Positions 32,690 to 45,300 of a stretch of DNA of 64,000 nt are shown piece by piece. This DNA is from Lama guanicoe. Its lineage: Eukaryota. The notes below the pieces were generated by a model. That model was not told the origin of the DNA, did not search any database, and was given only the letters and a program-made list of their open reading frames with translations. Both the position numbers and the translations under genes were made by a program. The stretch spans positions 5,049,514-5,113,513 of the forward strand of contig MU054117.1 of the NCBI GenBank assembly GCA_013239625.1, written 5' to 3'. Numbering within the stretch: the stretch's first letter is position 1; every line of letters begins with the position of its first letter.

Positions 32690-33081
32690 CTGAACAAACT
32701 TAAGTGATTTTATCTGGTACAGTCCAAGGTAGAAAAGTGGAGCAGGCGGGGCCTTGCCCGTCCCCTCCCCCCATGGGGGGGTGGAGGTAGCGGCACATAT
32801 ACAATCATAGTAAATTGGCAGAAGAAAACACAACAGGTTCCTGGCTGGAGGGGGAGAGATAAGGCAACGTGCATGGGGGAGCCCAGAGGGGAGACGTGGG
32901 CCCCTCTACTCCTCCCACGAGAGTTTCCCCTTTGGCCCCAAATGGAGACGTGGCTGGCAGCAGAGGCATGGCTGGGGGAGCCACATCTCCCCACTCCCTG
33001 ACTTCTGTGTCCTCTGTGCTCTGGGGTCAAGGAGTGCTGTGACAAGGGAGGCGTTTCCGCACCAGTCCTGCTCTAGGCCAC
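32690..33081 (-). other. LPCAT3: LPCAT3 non-coding last exon (3' UTR intron 33313-33082)
   Basis: Donor CTG|GTAAGC 12 nt after the stop. Acceptor CCCCCTTGCAG|GTGGCC at 33081. The 3' end is uncertain because there is no canonical AATAAA. Confidence 0.65.
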
Positions 33082-33325
33082 CTGCAAGGGGGGATGTGGG
33101 AAGGCTGGTCAGAGGTGCTGCTCCTGGTCGCTGGTCTGTGGTCCCTCCAGCTTCCTCCTGGCTTGTCCAAGTTAGAGCAGTCAGTGCCCCTTACTGGGTT
33201 TCCTAGAAGCCAGGCCACCTTGCAGTTCACCCCACATTTCCAATACTAACCCCACCCCCCACCAACCCCCCCAAGTCTGTAGTTGCAGCTTAGCTGTAGG
33301 GATGTTTGCTTACCAGGGAAATAGA

Positions 33326-36300
33326 TTACTCCATCTTCTTTAACTTCTCTTTCCTCGGCACCATTACTTTGCGAACATAAGGCAGTATGAATAGTAGACT
33401 CAAGAAGAAAATGTGGCCAAGGAAATAGATGGATTTATACACCTGTGGAGAGACACAGGCCACTGAGGTAGACAGAGGGCCTGGAACAGCCCTTACTGCC
33501 CGAGCTTTCAGTGGTTCCCTCCCGTCCTGGCTGGCACGCCGTCACTCACCTTGAGCCACTTGTCCCACGTGAAGAGGGAGAAGCCAGTCATCGAGTACCC
33601 CATGAAGAGCCAGTGGATGGTCTGCTGCACCAGGTAGAAGAAGGGCTGCAGGACAGTGACGGAAGCCAGCCTGCTCAGGGCCGGGCTGTCTCGAATCAGG
33701 CTGGCAGCCTGCGGAGGAAGGGCAGCGGCCTCAGTGTCACCTCTTCTCAGGCCCCTTTCACCCGCCACCCTTCCGGCTTACCTGTCTTTCCACGATAACA
33801 ATGAGGAATTCCATCTGGAAGCAGACCAGGTACCCTGAGTGGAGGCCATGCCAGAGGGCCAGGAACAGCAACGAGAGACCCTGGGACAGTTCTTTACTTC
33901 CCAGAAACTTGAGTCGTTTGAAGATGTAACTAGAGAGAAGGGTAGGGAAGGACTTCAGACCTGTCCGTCCCAGTGCCCTGGGGGGTGCAGAGGTGGCACC
34001 TGCTCCCCCTGGGAGAGGGGAGGCAGTGCCCTCTGATCAACTTCAGAATGAGAGGCAGTGAAGTGAACCAGTCCTGGTTTAGACAAAACAGACCTACGGC
34101 TCAGCCAGGGACCACCTGAGCGCCTGGCGCTGAGGCCGGCCCTTTGCCCTCACTGCGTCTGCTCTGGGGGTGGGACTAGGAATGTTCGTAAATGGGGCCC
34201 TGGAGGGTGGAAGACAGGCAGCAGAACTGGGGTGAAAACCCAGGACTCGAGGCCATTTATGTCTTGCTTTTGTTTTTCAAATACGACAGGAATGGGTTTT
34301 GGGGGGTTTTGGGGTTGGGGACAAAAGTTAAGTGGGTGTGGGTGTGAGAGTGACCGGAAGTCCCACCCAAAGTGGGTGAAGACACAGAAGTGACTGCTGC
34401 CTCTCTGCTCCCCTGCCCCCGTGCTTACCGGGCCACCCAGGCGTTCGTGTTGATGTTGAAAGAGGCGATGGTGCCAGTGAAGCGGGGGTTTGTTTCAAAG
34501 AGCCACACCTTCATGTTGGCGCAGGCGTCCCACTTGGCCTTTCCGTTCTCGTCAAAGTCATTGAAGCCCAGCCCCGTGAGGATGCACACTCCTTCCTGAG
34601 GGGGCGATGGCTCTGTGAGCGTCCCCACAGCTCGCCCCCACTGTGCCCCGCAGCTTGTCCAAATGGGACCCTGGTTCATCTTTTCTCCTTACCGTGATCA
34701 GCCAACAGGTGACATATTTGTACAGCACAAACTTGCCCCAGATCAGCATGTACATGCAGCGGAACCAGAAGTCATGGTTCTAGAAAAAAGGGAGCAGCAT
34801 GCATTAGGGACACCACTGGGCCAGGACGGTTCCTGCGTGTCCCTCCTCACGCGCGCGGTGACTATTTCACGTCCACCTGACAGTCCACTCAGCTGCTTGG
34901 TGTTGGTAACAGGCCATGAGGAGCGAGCAGGGAGCCCCCTCAAAGAATCCCAGAAACAGTGCTGTCCTCAACTCCTCTCCTAAAGCGCTGGGCACCTGGG
35001 ACACTAGAGCAGGGGGACTTCAATATCCACGTTCAACGTCAGCTGAAGACCGACTTCCCCAGAGCTGGGACGGAGCCCAAGCCAGCATTCCCCCTCCCCA
35101 GGTCCTGAGTTCCTAGAGCTCCATCTGTCTGGGCTGGAGAGGACTTGAGCCGCCGTGCTCTGTGGAGTCGCCTGGCTGTAAGAAGCGAGCTCGGAGCGAC
35201 AGGGGGCAGGTCGGGGTGCTGAAGGGCACCTGGCACAGCCCTGTGCCCACGAAGGTCGTTCAGTCCTGGCTGATGAACGTGTCCTGGCCCGGCTGGCACT
35301 GACACCAACTCTCAGATCTAGAGCAAAATCAACATGCGTTTGTAGGTGGTGTTGCCCACTTCGCGGCTATCTACGGGGGCCCTGGCCCGTCCACTCTCTC
35401 TCTGGCGCAGTCACACCGCTGCTATTCGGGGACCACTCACTTCGTAGTCGTCAGTGAGGAAATAGTCTTCTGTGATGTGGGGGCTGAGCAGGGTGTAGCC
35501 CACTAGGTAGACAAGGCCCAGACCCAGGCGCTCGAGAGCAGGTATGGTGCTGGAAAGGAACAAGGGGGTCATGACGCGCTTCGCCTGGCATGACGGAGGG
35601 GCGTGGCAGAGGGTGGCCCTCCACCCGCTGCCCCAGGCCTGCACTCAGCCTCAGGGTTGGGGTGAGGAACGGAAGGTGCAAACCCTGTGAGTTCCCGGGC
35701 TGGCGGGGAGCCGAACGGGGGAGTCTGTGGTGCTTGCCCCTCAGGCCTGTGGGCCTCGTGCTCCCGACAGTGTGCTTGGTCTCCATTGGGACTGAAAACC
35801 CAACGCAGAAATGAGAAGGACCAGTTTTGGATCTGCTGCTTCCTCTCCTGGTTGAACCAATGCTCAAACACAGGCTGGACAAGTTCTCAGCAGAGGGATT
35901 TTCCTGGTAACTTACTAATTTTCTAATGTAATATATATTTATAGAGATTTTGATATACTTAATATTTTTTAAACTGGGAAAGTGGATTTTTAAAGGCCAG
36001 GAATTGACTGGGTCAGGCAAAATCCTACGGCATAAAAGTGAATTTTTATGTTTGTACCAGGGGGTTGGAAAGGATGGCTGGAGGGGACCCAAGCTGCAGG
36101 GGGCCTGCTGCCTGCAGGGAGTAGGTACTGAGTGCCCGTCGCAGGCCCGTGGGCCGCCCAGGCTGGAGAATGCTGGGCTGGCCTTCAGAAGTCACTTTAG
36201 AAGTGGCTTTGTATCGGGTGAGACGCCTATACAGAGGTCTGGATGGAAGGGGGCAGTTACCTGTTTGGTATCCTCCCTGGTGTGTCAGTCAGCTGTCCCT

Positions 36301-39300
36301 GCACCAGCTTCATGTAGTGGTTCATCGAGAACTGGGGCCCCACCAAGAAGGCCCCATAGAAGTAGGAGAAACCAGCAACTTCCAGCAAGGAAGGGACACC
36401 CCGTATTGCATATTTCTGTTGCTCAGAGGACAAGGAATTCTATGCCGAGAAGAGAAGAAGGGTGCACGATAGTCTTGAATCTCCCCGCAAGAGCCAGTCT
36501 TGGGGTCCCCCATCTTTGTGCCCCGCTGAACCGAGTTCTTCAAATAGTCGCCTCTTTGAGGGGCTGATACTATGGGGAGAAGCAGGCGGTGCGCGTGGAG
36601 GTGAGCAGGTGCTGTGGTAGCTCAGCAGCGGCTGCCGCCGCTTTCCCCACACTTCACTGGCACCGACCTCTGGACTCTGAGCAAGAGCTGGACCCAGTGA
36701 ATGAGACTGGTTGGTCCTGGCTCCGTGCTGTCCTAAGCAGAGATGTCACAGGCCGGGCACTGGGGGAGGGCCCCGCCCTGGCCCTGGGTCCAGGCTTCGG
36801 TAACAGCCTTTCTCCTGCTCTCTGGTGAAACTCCCTCACCTCTCTGCGGAGGGAGGGAGGGGCACTCACCTGATCTTTCCCTCCATCAAAGTAGTCGATG
36901 GCCAGACCTGAGCAGGGAGAGAAGGTGCGGGTGGAGTCGCGGGAGAGGACACAGTATGTGACCTGTGGGCTGACCGTGGCCAGGAGCGCCCAGGGCAGGA
37001 CCCAGCATAGGCTTCTGGTCAGATGGGAGGAGCCTGGTGTCAAAGGGGAAGGCAGTGACCCACCACTCACCGATCAGCTTCAAGGTCAGAACACAATGTG
37101 GCATCGTCCACTTGATGTCGTAGGTGCCGGTGGCTGTGTAATAATATCCGGCAAGAAGGTAGGCCTAGAAGAGGGGCAAGTGTTCATTCTACCATCGCAA
37201 CCATTTCTTTATTTTCCCCCTGCTCTGAAATCCACTGTATTCCTTCACTTTTCCCTTCTCCTGGTCTAGAAACTGAACCTGTAAAGGGGAAGAGACTTGC
37301 TCAAGTTTCCTCAGCAAAATGAAGGCTCAACTGGGAATTTAGATGCTTACATCCTGTAGCTCATCCTAAGCAGATTTTCTGCCTTGCCTTTAAGTGAGTC
37401 CGCTCATGGATGGCTGGACTAGTCCGGTCAGACTCAGAGAACCTTAATGGCACAGTCCTCTGTGAAGGACTGGCTGTGCCCCATCCTTGAGGCGGCTGAA
37501 GTGTCACCACTGCGGACTGCAGATGCAACACCCGGGGCCTCTGGAAAGGGACCCAAAGCCACGCTGCTAAGTGTCGTTGGGAGAAAGGATTGGAAATTGG
37601 ATCTCCTGGCTCACTGCTTCTTCTACACCACAGTCCCCGACCTCCCCTGTCCCCAGCTGCTGTCGGCTGTGGCCTGAGCTGCCCAGGGAATGTCGTTTAC
37701 CATCTGGAAGCAAAAGGTAGTGAAGACGGCAGTGACCGTGCGGCCCATCAGCCGGAGGATGAGGAACTGGAGCACGACACATAGAAGGGAGTGGTAGAGC
37801 TGGCTTCCTGGATGCAGGGAAGACAGCCCATTTTAGCCTTTTTTTTTTTTTTTGCATTCCCACCCTTCCTGAGATTTCTAAATACAAAGAGAATATATAA
37901 AGAAAAACTTTGGTATTGGGATTTTTTCCCCCTCAAAATAGCCTCATGTTTTGGAGAAAGGGAAGGAAATTAACTGTATAAAAATAAGGGACTGCCAGGG
38001 AGTTCCTGTATTTCTGAATGTCGGAGCTAAGGGCTGCCCCTGAGGGGACTGCTTGGGTCTGTCGGCCAGTTACAGCCACAGCAGAGGGGAAGCTTCTCTG
38101 TTGCTGGGGTCTGGCAGGGGTAACCATTCTCCAAAGGTTTTTATCTGGGAGAGGGATGGACATGAAGGGAGAAGTTAAGCTGCGCTCCTGCCCATGCAAA
38201 CCCTCTCTCTGCAGGCAGAGCAGGACAGCTTCCCTCTCCACCAAATTCTCCCCAGGAAAGTTTGTTCGGGTCTGTTCCTTCTCAGGTTCCCTGTAATCGC
38301 AGCACCACCGCTAACTCAGTTCACTCACCGAAGTTATAATAAGCAATTGAGAGGCCTGTAAAGGTGTGGAAGAGGTGGATGAGGTAGCTGTCCTTGTAGA
38401 AAAGGTAATGCCGATAAAACAAAGCCAAGGGGTAGCCTGGAGGAGAGAGAGGTCAGAAGGGGGTTACTCGAGCCTGCTGCCTTCCCAGGTTTGTTTTGGA
38501 AGTTCACCTGGCACGAACTCAGCCCAGAGAGGAAAAACACACATCATATGGATGTTTTAAGACAATAACAGTATCCCCAATTATCAAGTCTCTAAAACTG
38601 AAGATACTAATTTTATATTGAAACAATACAAAGAGGTCCCTAAGACTAGGTTTCATTTCTGGCTTATTAAATACTGCTAGGAGTTTTCTCTTGCACTTTT
38701 CTTAAATGATATAAGGCACTGAGGGTGCCCAACTATGCCCAGAAACACCATTTTGCACCTTTATGATCTATTATAATTTCATCACTAGCAGGGTGTTGTC
38801 AGATTATTAAGAGGATAAATATAAATTATTCCAGCCTACAAACGGGTTGCTGAATGCATACACGTTTGCACAGCAGCTATGGGAGACACGAAGCATTGTG
38901 CTGTACACCAGAAACTGACACAACATTGTAAACTGCCTATACTTCAAAAACAAACAAACAAACAACCCAACAAAAACGAAAAATAAAACAAACAAAACAA
39001 AACTTTAACCAATTGGAATCACTAAAACCCTTAATCATTTGGGATGCTCTAAATTAAAAACACAGCACACATTACTCTGCCTCCTTGAATTGAATATAAG
39101 TGAACATCTTCTTGGTGATCTGGGTCATAATATTCCGAAGTCACGATGGCCTGATGACCTGCTGGGGTGTGTGGAACCGTAGTAGGGCCCACACTGTCCT
39201 GTACTCTGAGTTCTTGCGTCCATTTCTCACAAGAGCAAGAGTCTTGGTGCCTTCTGTGTAGACTGAGTGCCCAGGCCTGGTAACAGCCGTTCTGGCCACT

Positions 39301-42300
39301 CAAGGCCCTTTTGGCTATCTCCTGCTTTCAGGTGTATTTGGGGGAAGGGTTGAGTTCCATGCAGGTGAAGTGTAATTGCACACCAGGAAGCATGATACGG
39401 AGATGGAGCAACTGGCAGAAGAAAAAGAATGCGGCAGGTCAGGTTACTTAGAACATTAAGATCATAACAGAGAACAGCAGAGCCTGGAATTCAGCCGCGA
39501 AGGGGAAGAAGGAACTGTGCTGGGCGAGTTGCTGTGACAACCCAGAGCTGACTGTGAGTGTGTAAACACCAGACCTTGCTCCCGGCTGGCACTCAGCTCA
39601 GCAGGCTTTGGAGCCTGGCTGCCCAGTCACCCCTTGAGGGCTGCGCTGTTTTGGGGGAGGGTGTCGTCCTCCAAGCTGTTTCTGAGTCTCAGTGCTTCTT
39701 TGTGGGAGCCAATATATAGTGGCTACTGTCACCTGAAGAATCTCTAAGAACAGCAACAAAAGCAGCTCCTCACCCGCCTGCTTGCCTGCCTGCCCACCCG
39801 TCAACAGTCCGGGCCAGCAGGTCTGAGTGATTCCGATGTGCAGCTGGGACTAAGAAGGACTGTGTAACTAAGACCCCAGTGCAGGGTGGCAGTACTCACT
39901 AGTCCTGAGGCTGAAACCCTGAGCTTGACGCCTGGGGCTTCTGTCTTTCCTTGAGTGGCGCCAGACAGACGGAGGTTTGCGTATAAACCTGGTCTGGAGG
40001 TTTTTAAGAGCTTCTCTGGCCGCCGTACTGTAATTATTTCTTCTTTTTGATTGTTTGAAGGAGGGTCTTTAGGAAACTTATTAGCAGATGAAGGGTGATG
40101 ACCTGACCTGCACCCCTAAACGTGGGAATCCCCGATTAGAACAGGAGCATTCCAAGAGCAGACAGGAGGGCACCCACAATGCTGCGACCTTAAAGCAGAC
40201 TGGACTTGGTCCCTTCAGGGGTTCAGGTGGTCAAGACATAAAGCTGACAAGTCTGTCGCTGGACGTTTACTCAGGTCTGAGGGCCACCTGAGTGAGAAAC
40301 TTGGATCCATCACAAGCTAGACTGCTGGTGGCACTTTCTCTGCACTGCAGTGGTTGTAAGATTACTCGTTAATCCTAAAGGTTCTCAAGTTTCGTTTGAA
40401 GAAGGAGACATGGGCTCTTTTCATGAAAGTCCGCTGAGTTTCTCGGCCTCTCATCCAGTATTGCTATTTCTGGGCTCTGCGGGAATATGATCCAAGCCTG
40501 TTTGATCAGTGTCCCTGTGACCCTGATGGAAAAATAGAGCATGTTTTGGCAGGTGTGAGGGACAAGATGGAACTAGGCAGAGCTGCTATGTGCTGGCTTA
40601 GCCAGGTACTGACACCAGTCTTACCGAAAGAAAACCGCCTCCTACACCACACCGACGGAACATCCTTCGCATTCAGCAGCAGTTTTCAAACTTTTTGGTC
40701 TCAGCACCACTTTACTCCCTTAAAAACTGAGGACCTCAAACAACTTTTGTTTATGTGGATACTATCCGTCAGTATCTACCGTACAAGAAAATAAAATTAA
40801 GAAAATTAAATTTTTAAAATTTTGAATTCATTAAAACAAAAATAAACCTATTACATGTTAATGTAAATAGCAAACTTTGAAAGGAAACAGCTATATTTTC
40901 CAAAACAAACCATTTAAATAAAAATAAAACCACTTAATGAAAAGAATGGCACTGTTTTACATTTTTACACATTTCTCGCCCTTTGGCTAAATAGAAGATG
41001 GCTGGATTCTCAAATCTGCCTCTGCATTTAGTCTGCTGTAATATGTTATTTTGGCTAAATTATAGGAAGAAAATCTGGCTTCACACAGATTATACAGTTG
41101 GAAAGAGAATCTTAATAGCCTTCACAGATAACTTGGGATATTCTTTGATAATATCCCAAACTCAGCAAGTAGTTTCTTGAAGGTTAGGTGTATGTGGAAT
41201 CCAGACTGTACCAATGAGCTTTTTTTTCCTCCCCCCCCCACCTTTTTTTTTTTTCCCCAATGAGCTTTTCACACTGTTACGTTAAAAGTCATTGGTATCG
41301 TGTGCTGTGAGTGAGTCTTCCGTAACATCATGCATTGGTTACATGCATTCGCTGAGTTAGGCAAACCTTCCAAATATTGACACATCATTAGAATATATAA
41401 ACAAAAAATCACAGTCCTTAATGTCACCATTGATTTCCAGCAGGGAAGTCTTTGTACACAGGGAAGTTGTTAAGCTCAAGGTAGCGGATACAGGTTTTTC
41501 CAAAATTCTTTTTCACTTGAAAGCTCTAAATTGAGCACTGACTGCTTTCCTTGAAGTGACAGGCTCACCTTGTACATTTTCAAGAAACTATCTGCCAAAT
41601 GCCCGAGTCTAAGTAACCATAGTTTGCCTGTCAGTCATTCTGTTCCGTGAAAAAAGGAGCCGCAATTCAACGTGCAGCTCCAGCCAGCGCGTAGGCGCTT
41701 TGCCCCAGACACCCTCACTTCGGACACAGAGGATGCTTGAGGCATGTGTGTCATTTCTTCAAACAGAATGTTAAAAATACGTGTACTCAGCATTGAAAGT
41801 TAATAAAATAGTAATACTGATGCTCATCCAGGACATTCCTAAGTGGACCTGCCCTTTTCTGACTCTGTGTGTGTGTGCTGGCTCAGTCTGGTGCCCCTGC
41901 CCTGGCTCGTGCTAAGGGGCCAGCAGCTCTACTCGCCGCTGATTTTGCACTGTCCATGCAAATGTCAACACAGTGACCAAAGCACATAACATCTTAGTTT
42001 TATTCTGAAAATAACTTCAAGGTTCTCAGGGACCCCTAGGAGTTCACGGGCTTCACTGTGAGAACCGCTGGCACGAAATGATGCTTTGGTTCAATCTTCC
42101 TGGTTAAAACGCTCCAATCCAACAGCCTTTTCTTCCTCCCTGCTTTCCTCAACTGCCCCAATGTGTTTTCTTTTCTTTTTTGGGGGGAAAGCTTCTTTTT
42201 TGTTGGTTTTGAGATATACAGTTTCCCTGTTTTTTTTTTTTTGCCCCATTGAGTTGTAATTCACATACTATCAATTCAAAGTGAAGAATGCAGTGGTTTT

Positions 42301-45300
42301 CAGTATATTTACACGATTGTGCAACCGTCCCCATCCTCTAATTCCAGCACGTTTTCATTCCCCCGCAAAAGAAATCCCATCCTTGTTAGCAGTCACTCTC
42401 CAGGCCTGGTCACCACCAAGACACTTTCTGTCTCTACAGATTTGCCTCTTCTGGGTATTGCATATGAATGGAGTCATCCTAGATGTGGCCTTTTGTGTCA
42501 CTCAGCATAATATTTTCAAGGTTCATTATGGTGGAGCAGTATCAGTACTTCATTATTTTTCATGGCTGGATAATATTCCTTTGTTTGGATAGACCATAAT
42601 TCGTTTATCCAGTAGTCAGTTGATGGACTTTTGGGTTGTTTCCATTTTTTAGGTATCAAGAATAAGGCTGCTATGAACATTCCTGTATAACTGTTTGTGT
42701 GGACATGCATTTTCAATACCTAGGAATGGACCTCTTGGCTCTTTTATCCTCTGACCAGCACTTCTCGGTCAGTGGTGTAGACCAGTTTTGAAAATTCCCC
42801 ATCTGTTGTGGACCAATACTTTTGTAAAGTTCAAAGTCACTGGGATTGGATGATGTGGCATTATCCAATTGCTACAAAAGTTCCTAAATATTTAGTCTCA
42901 TTTTCTGTGCTTGCTTTCAGCTTTGACTTCATAGAGGGTGGCGACTATAATCTGAATAGATTGCACCAACCTCTCTTTGTCTCTGACCTCCAGGCAGTCT
43001 TGCTACACTGCCTCTTTGGAGACTCCATCTACTCTCCTGTCACTTAATATCTTTATGCCAAAGACAAATCCACGTCTTTAGCCCCGACTTCTTGAGTTTC
43101 AGTTCCACATTTCCTGCTTCCTGGCTGGGCATTTTTAGTTTGACATCTTATTCTGTCTCAAACTCTGTGTACCTAAAACATGACTTTCCCCCCAAATCGG
43201 CCTTCTCTTGGCTGCTTCTGTTATTAATAGTGTTACCGTTCTCCGGGTTACACAACTCCAATCAAGGGCTGGAAGCTGTCTTCGCCTCCTCCCTCTCCTT
43301 GGTTCCCTGTATCTAATCACCAAATCCTGTTGAGGCCTCCTTCATACCATCACACCGCCCCTTCATTTTCTGTGCTACGCTGGCAGTGAAGGCCTGCAAG
43401 CACTCACCCTTAAACACTTGCCATGACCTCCGACCTCACCTCTGCCTGCAGCCTCACTCCGAGCAGTCCTCCACCAGACTGCTCTTCCTTCAGCTTCTGC
43501 TCTGCAGCCATCGACGACTCCAACGGACTACTCAGTAGAGCACCAATTCCCAAGCCTAAGATTCAGGGTCTGTCTTCTCAACTGCATTTTCAGGTAGCGC
43601 CTCCGTTTCCCTGCTTCAACTAACTTGGTGTGCTAGTTTTTGCTCAAACAGGTCTCCTGTCTTTCATCTCTAGACTTTGGCTTGTGCCAGTCCCCTTGCG
43701 TGGAGTACCTGCTCCAACCACCCCTCTACCAACTGAAAGGCAGGACAGGGTTTGCTGACTGACTGGGGTGAGGGGCAGGGGAGGGGCTCGGGAGGGGGTC
43801 AGGGTTGATGGGAAGGTTGCAGGGCTTCTGTCCTGAGTGAGCAGGAGGGTGAGTTGCTGTTTGCTGAAATGGGGAAGCCGGTGGGGGCAGGTAGGCTTAG
43901 GGAGGGAGGCGTGCCCACAGTTCAGTCTGGGACTTACACTGACTCCACGTGGTACACGAGCGTGAAGTTGAGGGGAGAGGCCTGGGCGAGAGATGAAAGT
44001 TTGGGAGACACCAGCAAACAGATGGTGTTTAAAGCCGTGTGACTGGATGAGATCGCTGGGCGCCTCTCTGTTAAAGCAGAGCTGAAGCAGCTCACATTTA
44101 CTGAGCATCTAATATGTACCAGGCTTACTATATGAACCCTCACCGAGATACTCATTTTACTGATGAAACTGAGGACCAAAAAGGTTAACTCATCAACCAG
44201 CCTGAGGTGACAGCAGTGCCACAGAGATTCAAACTGAGCTCTGCCTTAACTCCAGACTCCCTCTTCCTTCAGCTATCTAGTGCCTTAACTAAATGGTACG
44301 TTGCATTTTAGAGACAGAGCACTTGGCAAGCCGTAAACAGTATCCTCATAAAATAAATATGCTATGACTCTTCTTTCAACATGAAGATGGGAAGGAAATC
44401 CCTTAGTCATCTGATCATCACATGGAATGAAGATCAGATTCAGAAGCCCTGATACCCACTTTAACCAGAATTTCTCAGATAAGACCCGCTCAACCAACTC
44501 CCGCTGGCTTTGTGTGAATGTGTGTGTGGAGAACTTCTCCCCCAGGTCCCGGTCAGCACCATCTCTGGCCTGCGTGGTTACAGTTGCCTCCTAGCCATCT
44601 GCCCCCCAGGCCTTCAGTCTCTCTCAGCAAAAGCCAAAGTCCAACCAGAACCGACCAGAACCCATCTATTCCCTGCCCCCCAACCTCTCTCTGACCCCTC
44701 TCTTACTCTCGGACTCTCTTCCTGGAATGTCCAGCAGGTGCAATCTTAGAGCCTTCACATTAATAGCTTCCTTGCCTGAAATGCCTTTTCACAGATAAGC
44801 TCAAGTCCCTGCAGCACTTCAAGGTTTTACTAAAATGTCACCTTTTCTGACCATCCTATCTAAACCTGCACACACCTACCCCACCCTATCTGCCGCCAAC
44901 ACACACGTTCTCTCTTCCTCGCCTGCTTCATTTTTCTATTTTCTTTTCAGTACTTATGACTCTTTCACATACTATAGAATCTACTTATTTATCAGTCTTT
45001 GAAGGCAAGGATTGTTGTCTGTTTTTCCCCCTGCCGTACCATAGTGCCTCATACAGTTCCTGGTACAAAAAAGGTCTCAAAAGTGTCTGTTGAATGGAAG
45101 AAAAAAAAATAAAAGACTGAATGAACACATACTCTATATTCCAGGCAGTCAATAAAATATTTATTGAGCATCCATTACGTGGTCAGCAATGCATTAGGCA
45201 AAAAGGGTTGAGCCGTGAGAGAGGCATTTCAACTCCGGAGGAGCTGTTTAGACGGACGGAAAAGAATACCAAGCAATGCCGCTTTATAAATGCTAACTGC

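Noticed and set aside
39049..39303. Coding-looking stretch in LPCAT3 intron 1 (possible processed pseudogene)
   Set aside because: No recognisable protein in the frames I checked, and no poly(A) tail or TSD.
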